Of a stretch of DNA of 64,000 nt, positions 52,048-62,053 are shown in pieces. The DNA is from Gammaproteobacteria bacterium (lineage in GTDB: Bacteria; Pseudomonadota; Gammaproteobacteria; Magnimaribacterales; TMED112), in NCBI GenBank assembly GCA_038147295.1, contig JAYQTH010000001.1, positions 84,770 through 148,769 on the forward strand, read 5' to 3'. Each line of letters opens with the position of its first letter. Within the stretch, counting starts at the first letter, position 1. The translations under genes and the position numbers were made by a program. The notes below the pieces were generated by a model. The model searched no databases, was not told where the DNA came from, and saw nothing but the letters and a program-made list of their open reading frames with translations.

Positions 52048-52927
52048 AGGCATAATTACATTTTTTTTAATTTTATTAAATTCTATATGGATTATAGTCG
52101 CTGTCACTCCAATAGGTTTATTGCGCCTAATCCCATACAAGCCCTTTCAAATAATAATTTTAAAAATTAATGAGAAACTTGCAGAAATATGGCTGCACCT
52201 TAATAAGGTCATTCAGGACGTTATGCATGGTGCCAAATATAGATGTGCTGGTGATGAAAAATTGAAGAAAAATATTTGGCAATTTACTACCATAAATCAT
52301 CTTAGCTGGGCTGATATCTTTTTATTTCTTTATTTCACTAATTTTAAAATGGGCGTTCCCAGGATTTTTATGAAATCACAGCTATGGTGGTTACCTCTTA
52401 CCTGGGCAGCAAACCTAGGCCTTGCAATGCCATTTGTAGTTAGAAGATCCAAAGAAGAGATAATGGCTAATCCTGAGTTAGCAAAAACAGATAAGGAAGC
52501 AACAAAAAGATCATGCAGAATATATGAACTTTACCCAACTAATGTTACGGGTTTTATTGAAGGCACTAGAATTGATAAAGCAAAATATGAAAAATCTAGT
52601 AGCAGATTTAAAAATTTAATGCCACCAAAAATTGGAGGTATGGGTTACACCTTGGAAGTTATGCCTTACATAGATCATCTGACTGATATTACACTTGTTT
52701 ACAAGTCTCCAAAGAGAAGTTTCTGGGCTTTTCTATGCGGGGAACTCAATGAAGCAAGCGTCACAATCAATACCTACAAAATACCGGAAGAATTAAGAGG
52801 AAAGGACTACAGTAATAACGATGAGCTAAGAGGCAAACTAAAATCTTTTCTTGAGGAAGTATGGGAAGAGAAAGATCAAATTATTGAAAGTGAAAAAGAA
52901 AAATATGGCATTAAATCAGTTTTCTAA
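52034..52927 (+). CDS. Lysophospholipid acyltransferase (PlsC/YihG-like)
   Basis: NHLSWAD (HxxxxD), FIEGTR and PKIGG motifs. Confidence 0.85.
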   Translation: MKQIKGIITFFLILLNSIWIIVAVTPIGLLRLIPYKPFQIIILKINEKLAEIWLHLNKVIQDVMHGAKYRCAGDEKLKKNIWQFTTINHLSWADIFLFLYFTNFKMGVPRIFMKSQLWWLPLTWAANLGLAMPFVVRRSKEEIMANPELAKTDKEATKRSCRIYELYPTNVTGFIEGTRIDKAKYEKSSSRFKNLMPPKIGGMGYTLEVMPYIDHLTDITLVYKSPKRSFWAFLCGELNEASVTINTYKIPEELRGKDYSNNDELRGKLKSFLEEVWEEKDQIIESEKEKYGIKSVF

Positions 52928-54845
52928 AGCCCTATTATTAATTGTTTTGGTTGGCTGCTCTTACCAGCCTGAAGATCCTATTGACTACAATCAAGAATTT
53001 CAATCTATTCTTACTACTTTTGATAACTCATCTATATTAGATCTTAATGCCGATGAGTACGTTAACAATACGCTCTTTTTAAATTTTGTGAACAAGCTTG
53101 ATGGCCAAAAAATACATTTCCTTGAAGAGGATTTAGCTAGCTTTAAAGATACGCAAATTTCTAGAGAAAACATTTTCCAGAACTTAAAAGCAGTGATTGA
53201 TATTTTTTATCAAAGGTATGAAGAATCACTTAAGAAAAGAAGAGAATTACTAACTAATCATAATTTTGATTTAAATATTGATGAATCAATAAAATTAAAT
53301 GATCGTGAAAGGTTTTTTAAATCTAGAAATGAAAAAACCACTTACCTTAAGAAATTAGTTAAGAATGAAATCATTATTCAGATGCTTGAAGGCAAGACAC
53401 AAAATGAAGCAATAGCTGAGCTTAAAACCAACTATCGTGACAGACTTTCATCTCTTTCTAAGGTAAGAGATGAGGATAAATTTGGCATTCTTGCGAACAA
53501 CTTCTTATCTCTCATTGATCCACACTCATCGTATTTTTCAGCTCGAGACTTAGAAAATTGGAATTTAAGAATGAACCTTTCATTCGAGGGTATTGGGGCA
53601 ATTCTAGGCTATGAGAATGAGGTGGCAAAAATTGAAGAACTTATGCCGGGCGGTCCTGCTATTAAGTCAAAAAAGATTAATGTTGGAGACAAAGTTCTAA
53701 AAGTTGGTCAAGGCAGAACAGGGAGAATGATAAATGTCAGAGGATGGAGGCTTGATGACATTGTTGAAAAGATTAGAGGCGAAGATGGTTCTGTAGTTAG
53801 GCTGGAAATAGAAAATCAATCTGGCAAAGAAATAATCGAACTCACAAGGGGTAAAGTTATACTCGAAGAAAGTGATGCTTTCTCAGAAGTTATTACTCGA
53901 GAGAATACAAAAATTGGCTACATAAATCTGCCCTCTTTCTATAGTGATTCCGAATGTATGAGGTTAAGCATGTATTCATGCAAAAGCGCAGCAAACGATG
54001 TCCAAAAAATTTTAAGAGACTTTAAGCTGCAAGATGTTGAAGGTCTTGTGTTTGACTTAAGAAATAATGGTGGTGGCTTTCTGCATGAAGCAGATTATCT
54101 AACTAGGCTTTTCATTGACTCTGGACCTACCGTTCAAATAAAAGACTCCAACAATAATATTAATGTCTATACAACATGGCGCACCAATAGAACCTGGAGC
54201 AAACCAGTGGTTGTCTTAGTAAATAAATTTTCAGCTTCCGCATCTGAAATTTTTGCTGGAGCTCTTCAAGACTACAACAGAGCAGTCATAATGGGGCAGG
54301 AAACTTTTGGCAAAGGGAGTGTGCAAAGATTTACTGATACTCTTAATGGACAAATAAAATTTACAGACTCACTGTATTACAGAGTTTCTGGTCAACCAAC
54401 CCAGATCTATGGAATAACACCAAATTTACTAATTCCTAACTTAATTAATAACGATAATTATGGTGAAAAAAGATATGAAAATGCCATAAAACCATCTGCA
54501 ATCGATTCAGCAATTTATTTTGTAAATAATCCTCTTGTTGATGAAAATATTGAAGAAATTCACAATCAAGCTCTTTCTACATCAGCTTATTTTAGTTTGC
54601 TTAATGAGATTAAAGAGAAGGAAGCAAACTTAGAAATTAGTCTTAATTATGAGAAAAGGGTAAACGAAAGAGAACGGAGCAGGACTGATTCACTTAAACT
54701 TATTAACCTAAGAAGAGAGATTTCGAATTTAAAGCAGTTTCAAACTTACGAGGAATACATAGAATTTGAAGAAGAAGATGAATTTGCTTTGGATGCTGAA
54801 ATAGATCAATCCATCAACATACTTTTAGAATTAGTGGAGGCTTAA
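52905..54845 (+). CDS. prc: Tail-specific (carboxy-terminal) protease S41
   Basis: Lipobox LVGC, DPHSSY, GIGA PDZ, DLRNNGGG, SASASEI and GKGSVQ motifs. Confidence 0.92.
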   Translation: MALNQFSKALLLIVLVGCSYQPEDPIDYNQEFQSILTTFDNSSILDLNADEYVNNTLFLNFVNKLDGQKIHFLEEDLASFKDTQISRENIFQNLKAVIDIFYQRYEESLKKRRELLTNHNFDLNIDESIKLNDRERFFKSRNEKTTYLKKLVKNEIIIQMLEGKTQNEAIAELKTNYRDRLSSLSKVRDEDKFGILANNFLSLIDPHSSYFSARDLENWNLRMNLSFEGIGAILGYENEVAKIEELMPGGPAIKSKKINVGDKVLKVGQGRTGRMINVRGWRLDDIVEKIRGEDGSVVRLEIENQSGKEIIELTRGKVILEESDAFSEVITRENTKIGYINLPSFYSDSECMRLSMYSCKSAANDVQKILRDFKLQDVEGLVFDLRNNGGGFLHEADYLTRLFIDSGPTVQIKDSNNNINVYTTWRTNRTWSKPVVVLVNKFSASASEIFAGALQDYNRAVIMGQETFGKGSVQRFTDTLNGQIKFTDSLYYRVSGQPTQIYGITPNLLIPNLINNDNYGEKRYENAIKPSAIDSAIYFVNNPLVDENIEEIHNQALSTSAYFSLLNEIKEKEANLEISLNYEKRVNERERSRTDSLKLINLRREISNLKQFQTYEEYIEFEEEDEFALDAEIDQSINILLELVEA

Positions 54846-55658
54846 TTGAGAATTATTACGTTTAATATAAATGGCTTAAGAGCACGACCTCATCAGCTAG
54901 AAAAATTAAAAGAAAAATACGACCCAGATATTATCGCCATTCAAGAAATAAAAGTTAGTGATGAAGATTTCCCTGAACATATTCCAATGGATTTAGGCTA
55001 TAAATTTTTTAATTACGGTCAAAAAGGATTTCACGGCGTTGCCATCTTTTCAAAATTAGAGCCTGTAGAAGTGGTTAAGGGTCTGGATGGAGGAGAGGAT
55101 GAAGTTCAAAAAAGATATATTCAATGCGATTATAAAACTGATAAAGGAGTCATATCCATTTGCAATTCATACTTTCCTCAAGGAGAAAATAGAAAACATC
55201 CAGATAAATTCCCCTACAAAGAGAGGTACTATTCTCGAATCACAAAACACATTGCCTCAATAAAAAACAATCTCATTCTTACTGGTGATTTTAATATTGC
55301 CCCCCTAAGAGAGGATATAGGCATGAACGATGATGGTGTAAAAAGATGGTTAAGAGAGGGGCATACTGCTTTCTTGCCTGAAGAAATTGAATGGTACAAA
55401 ATGTTAACCGATCTTGGGCTACATGATTTTTGGCGAGAAAATAATCCAGACTCAACAAAGTGCTCTTGGTTTGATTATCGGTCACGTGGCTTTGATCAAG
55501 ACCCAAAAAGAGGATTACGGATTGACCATTTTCTTATTTCTAAGCAGCTTGAAGAAGCTTATCTTGGGTCAGATATTGATCATGAGCTTAGAGCGATGGA
55601 AAAACCATCTGACCATTGTCCAGTAGTGCTAGATTTGGATTTAGAATTAGTTTCTTAG
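54846..55658 (+). CDS. xthA: Exodeoxyribonuclease III
   Basis: FNINGLRAR, QEIK, GDFNIAP, GLRID and SDHCP motifs. Confidence 0.96.
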   Translation: MRIITFNINGLRARPHQLEKLKEKYDPDIIAIQEIKVSDEDFPEHIPMDLGYKFFNYGQKGFHGVAIFSKLEPVEVVKGLDGGEDEVQKRYIQCDYKTDKGVISICNSYFPQGENRKHPDKFPYKERYYSRITKHIASIKNNLILTGDFNIAPLREDIGMNDDGVKRWLREGHTAFLPEEIEWYKMLTDLGLHDFWRENNPDSTKCSWFDYRSRGFDQDPKRGLRIDHFLISKQLEEAYLGSDIDHELRAMEKPSDHCPVVLDLDLELVS

Positions 55659-55960
55659 AAAATCTTATGCTTTCCTCTTAGGATCTCAAAAAACATAATG
55701 TAATCACTCACTAAGCTGAAAAGAGGATACGTGAAAGTTGCTGGTTTATTCTTTTCAATGAAGAAGTGACTGACCCAAGCAAACCCATAACCAGACAATA
55801 GAGCAAACAAAAAGTATATTGGATTAAAAGTAGTAAGAAGTTGAATTAAAAAATATATGGATAAGCCCGTACCAATAAAATGGAATAACTTAGTATGTTT
55901 ATCCTCATGTTCACTTAAATAATATGGATAAAATTCTTTGATATTTTTATATTTTTTCAC
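55655..55960 (-). CDS. DUF962/Mpo1-like membrane protein
   Basis: FYPYYLSEH, HFIGT and AWVSHFFIEKNKPATF motifs. Confidence 0.85.
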   Translation of the reverse strand: MKKYKNIKEFYPYYLSEHEDKHTKLFHFIGTGLSIYFLIQLLTTFNPIYFLFALLSGYGFAWVSHFFIEKNKPATFTYPLFSLVSDYIMFFEILRGKHKIF

Positions 55961-56017
55961 GATATAAATTATAACTTTATAGGTTAACGTAACTCAATTT
56001 TGAGACTTAACAGCTGA

Positions 56018-56046
56018 TTGTAAATTTTGAAGGTATGATCTAGTAT
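56018..56046 (+). promoter_or_regulatory. Putative sigma70 promoter of the DUF305 fusion-DoxX unit
   Basis: TTGTAA-17 nt-TAGTAT, followed by an SD (GGAG) before the ATG at 56073. Confidence 0.5.
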
Positions 56047-56072
56047 TTAAGGTCGTTAATAATGGAGAAACA

Positions 56073-58256
56073 ATGAAAAAGATATGGACAATTAATTTAT
56101 TATTTCTAATGATCTTTGCCCTTCCAATCAATGCAGAAATTGATAAGGATGCAAAAATAATTCAACCTGGTGCACCAGGTAAACCATCTAATGTTCTTAA
56201 TGCTGAGACCGCAATTGCTATAGCAAATACCTCTTACACAAGGGCTGATGTAGATTTTTTAACAGGGATGATAGTCCACCATGATCAAGCCTTAGTCATG
56301 TCAGAACTTGCTCCGGAAAGAACAAATAATAAATCTATAATAGACCTGGCTGGTCGAATAGAAGTTTCACAAGAGGACGAAATTTCGTTCATGGAAGACT
56401 GGCTATTTGCACGCGATGAGCAGCAGAGTGATAACAGTCATAATCATATGCATATGAAAATGGCTGGTATGGCAACACCACAACAATTAGATGCACTAGA
56501 AAATTCAAAAGGTAAGGACTTTGACAGACTTTTCTTAAATTTGATGATTAATCACCATGACGGAGCGATCAAAATGGTAAATGAATTAAGAAAACAATCA
56601 GGTTCTGCATATGATCCTGTTTTGAATGAATTTGTCACAGACTTATACAATGATCAGGGCGTTGAAATTGAAAGAATGAATGGCCTCTTAATTGGTTTAT
56701 CTGATGATCCTAGATCAGGTCTTAAGGGTGGACTAAAAATAGCTGAAGAAGCAATACTTAATCTTGAGCTTGTAGCTTCTTTAGATAAGCCAACAGGCTT
56801 TTATGACCCAAACAATCCAGCACTACGTGGTTCTGAGAGTGAGAACAAAAGCGAAGATGAAGAAGAATTAACACTTGAAGAAAAATCAAGAAAATTACGA
56901 TCTCCAATGTTTAGTTTTTCAAATACAGATATGGCATTTAGCGATGATCTCTTGGTAGCTGGCAGTTATCACGGTTTTAATATGTATGAGCTTGATAAAA
57001 ATGGAATGCCAAGTTTAATTACCTCTGTTGTTTGTCCTGGAGGGCAAGGCGATGTTTCAATAGTTGGTGATCTGCTAATAATGTCAGTTGAAGAAACAAG
57101 AGGCAGGTTAGATTGTGGCTTAGAAGGGGTTGGAACCGAAGCAAGCTTTGATCGATTTAGAGGAATAAGAATATTCAATATTGCTGATCGTAAAAATCCT
57201 GTGCAAGTGGGAGTAGTGCAAACATGTCGAGGATCGCATACTCACTCTGTAGTTGCAGGTCCAACGGATGATGGGAAAATTATAGTTTACAACTCTGGTA
57301 CAGGCAGAATTAGAGATCAAAAAGAGATGGAAAGCTGTATCGATTCTCCAGGCGATACCAGAACAGCTCTATTTAGAATAGATGTGATTGAAATCCCAAT
57401 TAATAACCCATCAGCCTCAAGAATAGTTTCAAGCCCAGCGGTATTCGCTGATGAAGAGACTGGTGAGCTTGCTGGCCTATGGCGCGGTGGCGATCATGGA
57501 GATCCATATGAGACACAAACCACCAGAATAACCAATCAGTGCCATGATATTACCGTATTCCCAACAAAAAATATTGCTGCAGGAGCCTGTTCAGGCAATG
57601 GCATTTTGTTTGATATAACAGATCCATACAACCCAAAAAGACTTGATGTTGTAACAGACATTGGCTTTGCTTATTGGCACTCAGCCACTTTTAATAATGA
57701 TGGTACAAAAGTTGTCTTTACCGATGAATGGGGTGGTGGCGGAAGACCAAGATGCCGTGCATGGGATCCATTGAACTGGGGTGCCAATGCAATTTACGAT
57801 ATTGTTGAAAACAAGTTGGAATTTAAAAGTCATTATAAAATGCCTGCTCCACAACTTGAATCAGAAAATTGTGTTGCCCATAACGGCTCAATTGTTCCAA
57901 TTCCAGGTCGTGACATTTTTGCTCAAGCTTGGTACCAAGGTGGTATATCACTAATGGACTTTACAGATTCAAGCAACCCAATTGAAATTGCATACTTTGA
58001 TAGAGGTCCAGTTCTTGAAGATGAGCTTGTAACTGGTGGCTATTGGTCAGTATATTTTTATGAGGGCACTTTATACGGAACAGAAATTGCAAGAGGTTTA
58101 GATGTATTTAAGCTTCTTCCTAGTGAATTTGTAACAAGTGATGAGATTAATGCCGCAGCCAATGCTTATCCAGCTGCTGGCCCAAAAAGGTTATTTAATC
58201 CACAACAACAAATTCCTATGACTTGGCCAGGATCAATGTCTGGCTCAGCACCTTGA
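56073..58256 (+). CDS. Exported DUF305 domain + LVIVD-repeat/beta-propeller fusion protein
   Basis: Signal peptide; DUF305 motifs MIVHHDQA and MINHHDGAI; His/Cys-rich repeat region (CPGGQGD, CRGSHTH, CHDITV, YWHSATF, CVAHNG). Confidence 0.8.
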   Translation: MKKIWTINLLFLMIFALPINAEIDKDAKIIQPGAPGKPSNVLNAETAIAIANTSYTRADVDFLTGMIVHHDQALVMSELAPERTNNKSIIDLAGRIEVSQEDEISFMEDWLFARDEQQSDNSHNHMHMKMAGMATPQQLDALENSKGKDFDRLFLNLMINHHDGAIKMVNELRKQSGSAYDPVLNEFVTDLYNDQGVEIERMNGLLIGLSDDPRSGLKGGLKIAEEAILNLELVASLDKPTGFYDPNNPALRGSESENKSEDEEELTLEEKSRKLRSPMFSFSNTDMAFSDDLLVAGSYHGFNMYELDKNGMPSLITSVVCPGGQGDVSIVGDLLIMSVEETRGRLDCGLEGVGTEASFDRFRGIRIFNIADRKNPVQVGVVQTCRGSHTHSVVAGPTDDGKIIVYNSGTGRIRDQKEMESCIDSPGDTRTALFRIDVIEIPINNPSASRIVSSPAVFADEETGELAGLWRGGDHGDPYETQTTRITNQCHDITVFPTKNIAAGACSGNGILFDITDPYNPKRLDVVTDIGFAYWHSATFNNDGTKVVFTDEWGGGGRPRCRAWDPLNWGANAIYDIVENKLEFKSHYKMPAPQLESENCVAHNGSIVPIPGRDIFAQAWYQGGISLMDFTDSSNPIEIAYFDRGPVLEDELVTGGYWSVYFYEGTLYGTEIARGLDVFKLLPSEFVTSDEINAAANAYPAAGPKRLFNPQQQIPMTWPGSMSGSAP

Positions 58257-58630
58257 TAGATAGCATAACCAATAATTTATATAGCCTAGGCAGATTTCTG
58301 CTTGGGCTATATTTTTTGCTGCCTGGCTTAGCAAAAGTCTTCTTGTTCCAAGAGAATTTAGATGTCGTAATCCTTAGAGAAGTCCCTTTACCAACTATTT
58401 CATTAACTCTTGTTGCAATATGCCAAGTTGTTTTTGGGTTATTCTTGATGTTCGGCAAATACATACAATTAAGCGCAATTATTTTAGCTGTAGTTACTTT
58501 GCTAATAAATTTATACATTCATGATTTTTGGAATATGTCAGGTGAGCTTAATCAAGACCATGAAACACAGAACTTTGTAAAGAACCTTGCTATCTTGGCA
58601 GGTCTACTTGTTCTGTCAAAAAAAGATTAG
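58223..58630 (+). CDS. DoxX family membrane protein
   Basis: GRFLLGLYF, HDFW and FVKNLAILAGLL motifs; start may be the TTG near 58253. Confidence 0.85.
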   Translation: MARINVWLSTLIDSITNNLYSLGRFLLGLYFLLPGLAKVFLFQENLDVVILREVPLPTISLTLVAICQVVFGLFLMFGKYIQLSAIILAVVTLLINLYIHDFWNMSGELNQDHETQNFVKNLAILAGLLVLSKKD

Positions 58631-58635
58631 ATTGT

Positions 58636-59031
58636 CTAACCTTCATCAGAGTGACAAACAACGACTAACTTATTCCCAGTTGGATCTAAAACATATGCAG
58701 CAAAAAAATTAGGGTGGACATCTCTTAAGCCTGGTGCACCATCACATACCCCACCACTCTTTATTGCTATTTCATAAAATTCCCTAACTTGATTTCTAGT
58801 TTCAGCAAGCAGTGCTACATTTACGCCATTGCCCGCTGTTGCTTTATTTCCATTGAAGGTTTCACCAATAAACAAACAATTTATGCCGCTACCAACATCC
58901 TTTATGTCGCCATAGCACGCATATGTTTCTCCAGTTTCTTGCCTCTGAATATTTAAAGTAGACATTACTTGATCATAAAACGAGATAGATTCTGAAAGAT
59001 TGTTAGTTCCCAAACAAATATGGCTAAACAT
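58636..59031 (-). CDS. VOC/glyoxalase family protein
   Basis: FSHICLG, GAPGLR and AYVLDPTGNKL motifs. Confidence 0.87.
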   Translation of the reverse strand: MFSHICLGTNNLSESISFYDQVMSTLNIQRQETGETYACYGDIKDVGSGINCLFIGETFNGNKATAGNGVNVALLAETRNQVREFYEIAIKSGGVCDGAPGLRDVHPNFFAAYVLDPTGNKLVVVCHSDEG

Positions 59032-59033
59032 TT

Positions 59034-60557
59034 TTATTCCCACTCTATAGTAGCTGGTGGCTTTGAAGTGATGTCATAGACCACTCTGCTGATACCGTCT
59101 ATTTCATTTACTATTCTTGTTGAAACATGCTCGATAAATTCGTGAGGCAAGTTAGTTGCTTTGGCAGTCATAAAGTCAGTTGTATTAACGGATCTTAATC
59201 CAATAACATCTGCATAAATACGATTATCCCCCACTACCCCAACTGACTTGATGGGCATATAAAATGCATATGCCTGACTGGCAGAATAATATAGGTCATA
59301 ATTTTTTAATTCAGATAAAAAAATATGATCGGCTTCTCTCAGTCGTTCTAATCTTTCTTCAGTCACATCACCTATAACTCTAATACCCAAACCCGGGCCA
59401 GGGAACGGATGCCTTTCAACAATCTCATGTGGCAAGCCTAGCGCTTTGCCAATTTTTCTGACTTCATCTTTAAATAACATTCTAAAAGGTTCCAATAGTT
59501 TTAGGTTCATCCTTTCCGGCAAGCCACCTACATTATGGTGAGATTTAATTACTTTGGCTTTTGATTTTGAATTTCCTGCAGATTCAATAACATCTGGATA
59601 AATTGTGCCTTGTGCAAGCCAAGCTATCCCATCGAGCTTCTTACTTTCCTCTTCAAAAACCTCAATAAAGGTTTTGCCAATTATTTTTCTTTTGGTTTCC
59701 GGATCTGTTACTCCTGCTAATTTTGCGAGAAATAGCTCTTGTGCATTCACCAGATTGACTTCCAAACCTATTTTTTCTTTTAAATTAGCAATTACATTTT
59801 TTGCTTCGTCTTTTCTCAACAAGCCATGATCAACCATTACGCAGATAAGGTTTTTTCCAATAATTTTATACAAAACTGCAGCTAGAACCGTTGAATCAAC
59901 TCCACCACTTAAAGCAAGCAATACTCTTTCATTGCCAACACTTTCTTTTACATCATTATCTATCTGATGAAGAATGTCTGCTGCGTCCCAATTAGGTTCT
60001 ACATTACAACTCTTTAAAAAATTATTGATGATTTGAGTGCCGTGCTGGGTGTGTGTAACTTCGGGGTGAAATTGTAAACCATAATAATTTTTTACCTGAT
60101 TCTGAAAAGCAGCAATCGGAGAATTATCAGATGATGCTATTACTTCATAACCATCAGGTAATGATTCAACTTTATCGCCATGAGACATCCAAACACTGAA
60201 ATTGATATCTGTGTCAGCAAAGATTGAAGATTTGCTTTCAATCTTGATTTGGGCATGACCAAACTCTTTCTTGCCTTCGTTGACAATCTGGCCTCCTTCT
60301 TGGAATGCCAGCACTTGCATGCCATAACAAACTCCTAAAATAGGTTTACCTGAATTGAAAATCTTTGAATCAATATTGGGATTACCTTCAATATTTGATG
60401 ACTCTGGACCTCCGGATAATATAAAACCTTCAACATTCTCAATTTCAGGAATCTCATCCCAAGGGCAAACCTCAGAGTAGATTTTAAGCTCTCTAAGCCG
60501 GCGAGCTATAAGTTGTGTGTACTGAGATCCAAAATCTACAACCAAAATCTTTTGCAT
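59034..60557 (-). CDS. guaA: GMP synthase
   Basis: DFGSQYTQLI, GVCYGMQ, SGGVDS and KPPATIEWE motifs. Confidence 0.98.
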   Translation of the reverse strand: MQKILVVDFGSQYTQLIARRLRELKIYSEVCPWDEIPEIENVEGFILSGGPESSNIEGNPNIDSKIFNSGKPILGVCYGMQVLAFQEGGQIVNEGKKEFGHAQIKIESKSSIFADTDINFSVWMSHGDKVESLPDGYEVIASSDNSPIAAFQNQVKNYYGLQFHPEVTHTQHGTQIINNFLKSCNVEPNWDAADILHQIDNDVKESVGNERVLLALSGGVDSTVLAAVLYKIIGKNLICVMVDHGLLRKDEAKNVIANLKEKIGLEVNLVNAQELFLAKLAGVTDPETKRKIIGKTFIEVFEEESKKLDGIAWLAQGTIYPDVIESAGNSKSKAKVIKSHHNVGGLPERMNLKLLEPFRMLFKDEVRKIGKALGLPHEIVERHPFPGPGLGIRVIGDVTEERLERLREADHIFLSELKNYDLYYSASQAYAFYMPIKSVGVVGDNRIYADVIGLRSVNTTDFMTAKATNLPHEFIEHVSTRIVNEIDGISRVVYDITSKPPATIEWE

Positions 60558-62017
60558 TAGTCTGCTCTATAATTTGGTGCTTCTTTGGTAATACTGACAT
60601 CGTGCACATGGCTCTCTTTAACGCCAGATGCTGTGATTTTTTGAAATTGTATGTTGGTCTTAAGGTCTTCTATTGTTTTAGATCCTGTATAACCCATACC
60701 TTGACGCAAGCCTCCTTCCATTTGAAAAACTACATCTTTTAACCAGCCTCTAAATGGAACTCTACCTTCAATACCTTCTGGAACCATTTTATTAGCATCA
60801 ATATTTTCTCCTTGCATGTATCGATTGCCATCTGTTCTTTTAGACATAGCTCCCATAGAGCCCATACCTCTATAAGTCTTAAAACTTCTGCCCTGGTACA
60901 ACTCTACCTCTCCTGGTGCTTCTTCTGTACCAGCAAAAGCACTGCCTAACATGACTGCATTTGCTCCGGCTCCAATTGCTTTTACAATATCGCCCGAAAA
61001 TCTTATGCCGCCATCAGAAATTACTGGTACACCTTTTGCTGCTGATACCACATTCATGACCGCAGTAAGCTGAGGAACACCCACTCCTGCGATTATTCTA
61101 GTGGTGCAAATTGACCCTGGCCCTACTCCAACTTTAATTGCATCGGCTCCTGCTTCAATGAGTAATTTTGCGCCATCAGCTGTGGCAACATTGCCAGCGA
61201 TAACATCTACATTGTTGTAAGTTTTTTTAAGGAAGGTTAGTACATCTATAACACCTTTGGAGTCTCCATGAGCACTATCTATTACTAGAACGTCAACCCC
61301 TGCAGAGATTAATTTTTTGGCTCTATCCTCAAGATCCGACCCCACACCCAAGGCTGCACCAACAATTAATCTGCCTTCGCTATCACGGGATGCTAGTGGG
61401 TAATCAATAGATTTTTCAATGTCTTTCATTGTTATCAAGCCAACTAATTTTTTTGCCTTATCTAGCACCAAAACTTTTTCAATTCTATGTTTATACATCA
61501 ATGACTTGACCACTTCTTGATCTTCGCCTTCTTGCACAGTAATCAGATCATCTTTTTTGGTCATTATTGTGGCTACATTTTGATCCATATCTCTTGCGTA
61601 CCTAAAATCTCTTCCGGTAACAATGCCTTTTAGCTCATCATCATCAACCACAGGCATTCCTGAAATATTTAATTCTGATGTCAATTGGATTAGGTCACCA
61701 ATACTATTGGTTGATTTGATTGTTATTGGGTCTCTAACTATGCCACTTTCAAATTTTTTTACTTTTCTAACTTCTTCTGCCTGTTCTTCTGGTGAATTAT
61801 TTTTATGAATAATGCCTATGCCACCTAAAGCTGCAAGCGCGATAGCCATCTTTGACTCAGTGACTGTGTCCATTGCAGCAGAACAAAATGGTAAATTTAG
61901 TTTTATGTTTTTAGTTAGCTTTGTTTCAAGCTTTACACTCTTTGGTAAGACATCAGAATGCCTAGGAATCACCAAAACATCATCGAATGTAAGAGCTTCT
62001 TGTAGAACCTTTTCCAT
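60557..62017 (-). CDS. guaB: IMP dehydrogenase
   Basis: [19 protein letters not shown] pair and GPGSICTT motifs. Confidence 0.98.
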   Translation of the reverse strand: MEKVLQEALTFDDVLVIPRHSDVLPKSVKLETKLTKNIKLNLPFCSAAMDTVTESKMAIALAALGGIGIIHKNNSPEEQAEEVRKVKKFESGIVRDPITIKSTNSIGDLIQLTSELNISGMPVVDDDELKGIVTGRDFRYARDMDQNVATIMTKKDDLITVQEGEDQEVVKSLMYKHRIEKVLVLDKAKKLVGLITMKDIEKSIDYPLASRDSEGRLIVGAALGVGSDLEDRAKKLISAGVDVLVIDSAHGDSKGVIDVLTFLKKTYNNVDVIAGNVATADGAKLLIEAGADAIKVGVGPGSICTTRIIAGVGVPQLTAVMNVVSAAKGVPVISDGGIRFSGDIVKAIGAGANAVMLGSAFAGTEEAPGEVELYQGRSFKTYRGMGSMGAMSKRTDGNRYMQGENIDANKMVPEGIEGRVPFRGWLKDVVFQMEGGLRQGMGYTGSKTIEDLKTNIQFQKITASGVKESHVHDVSITKEAPNYRAD

Positions 62018-62053
62018 AATATAGTATATAACATCACAGAGTATGTTTCCAAT

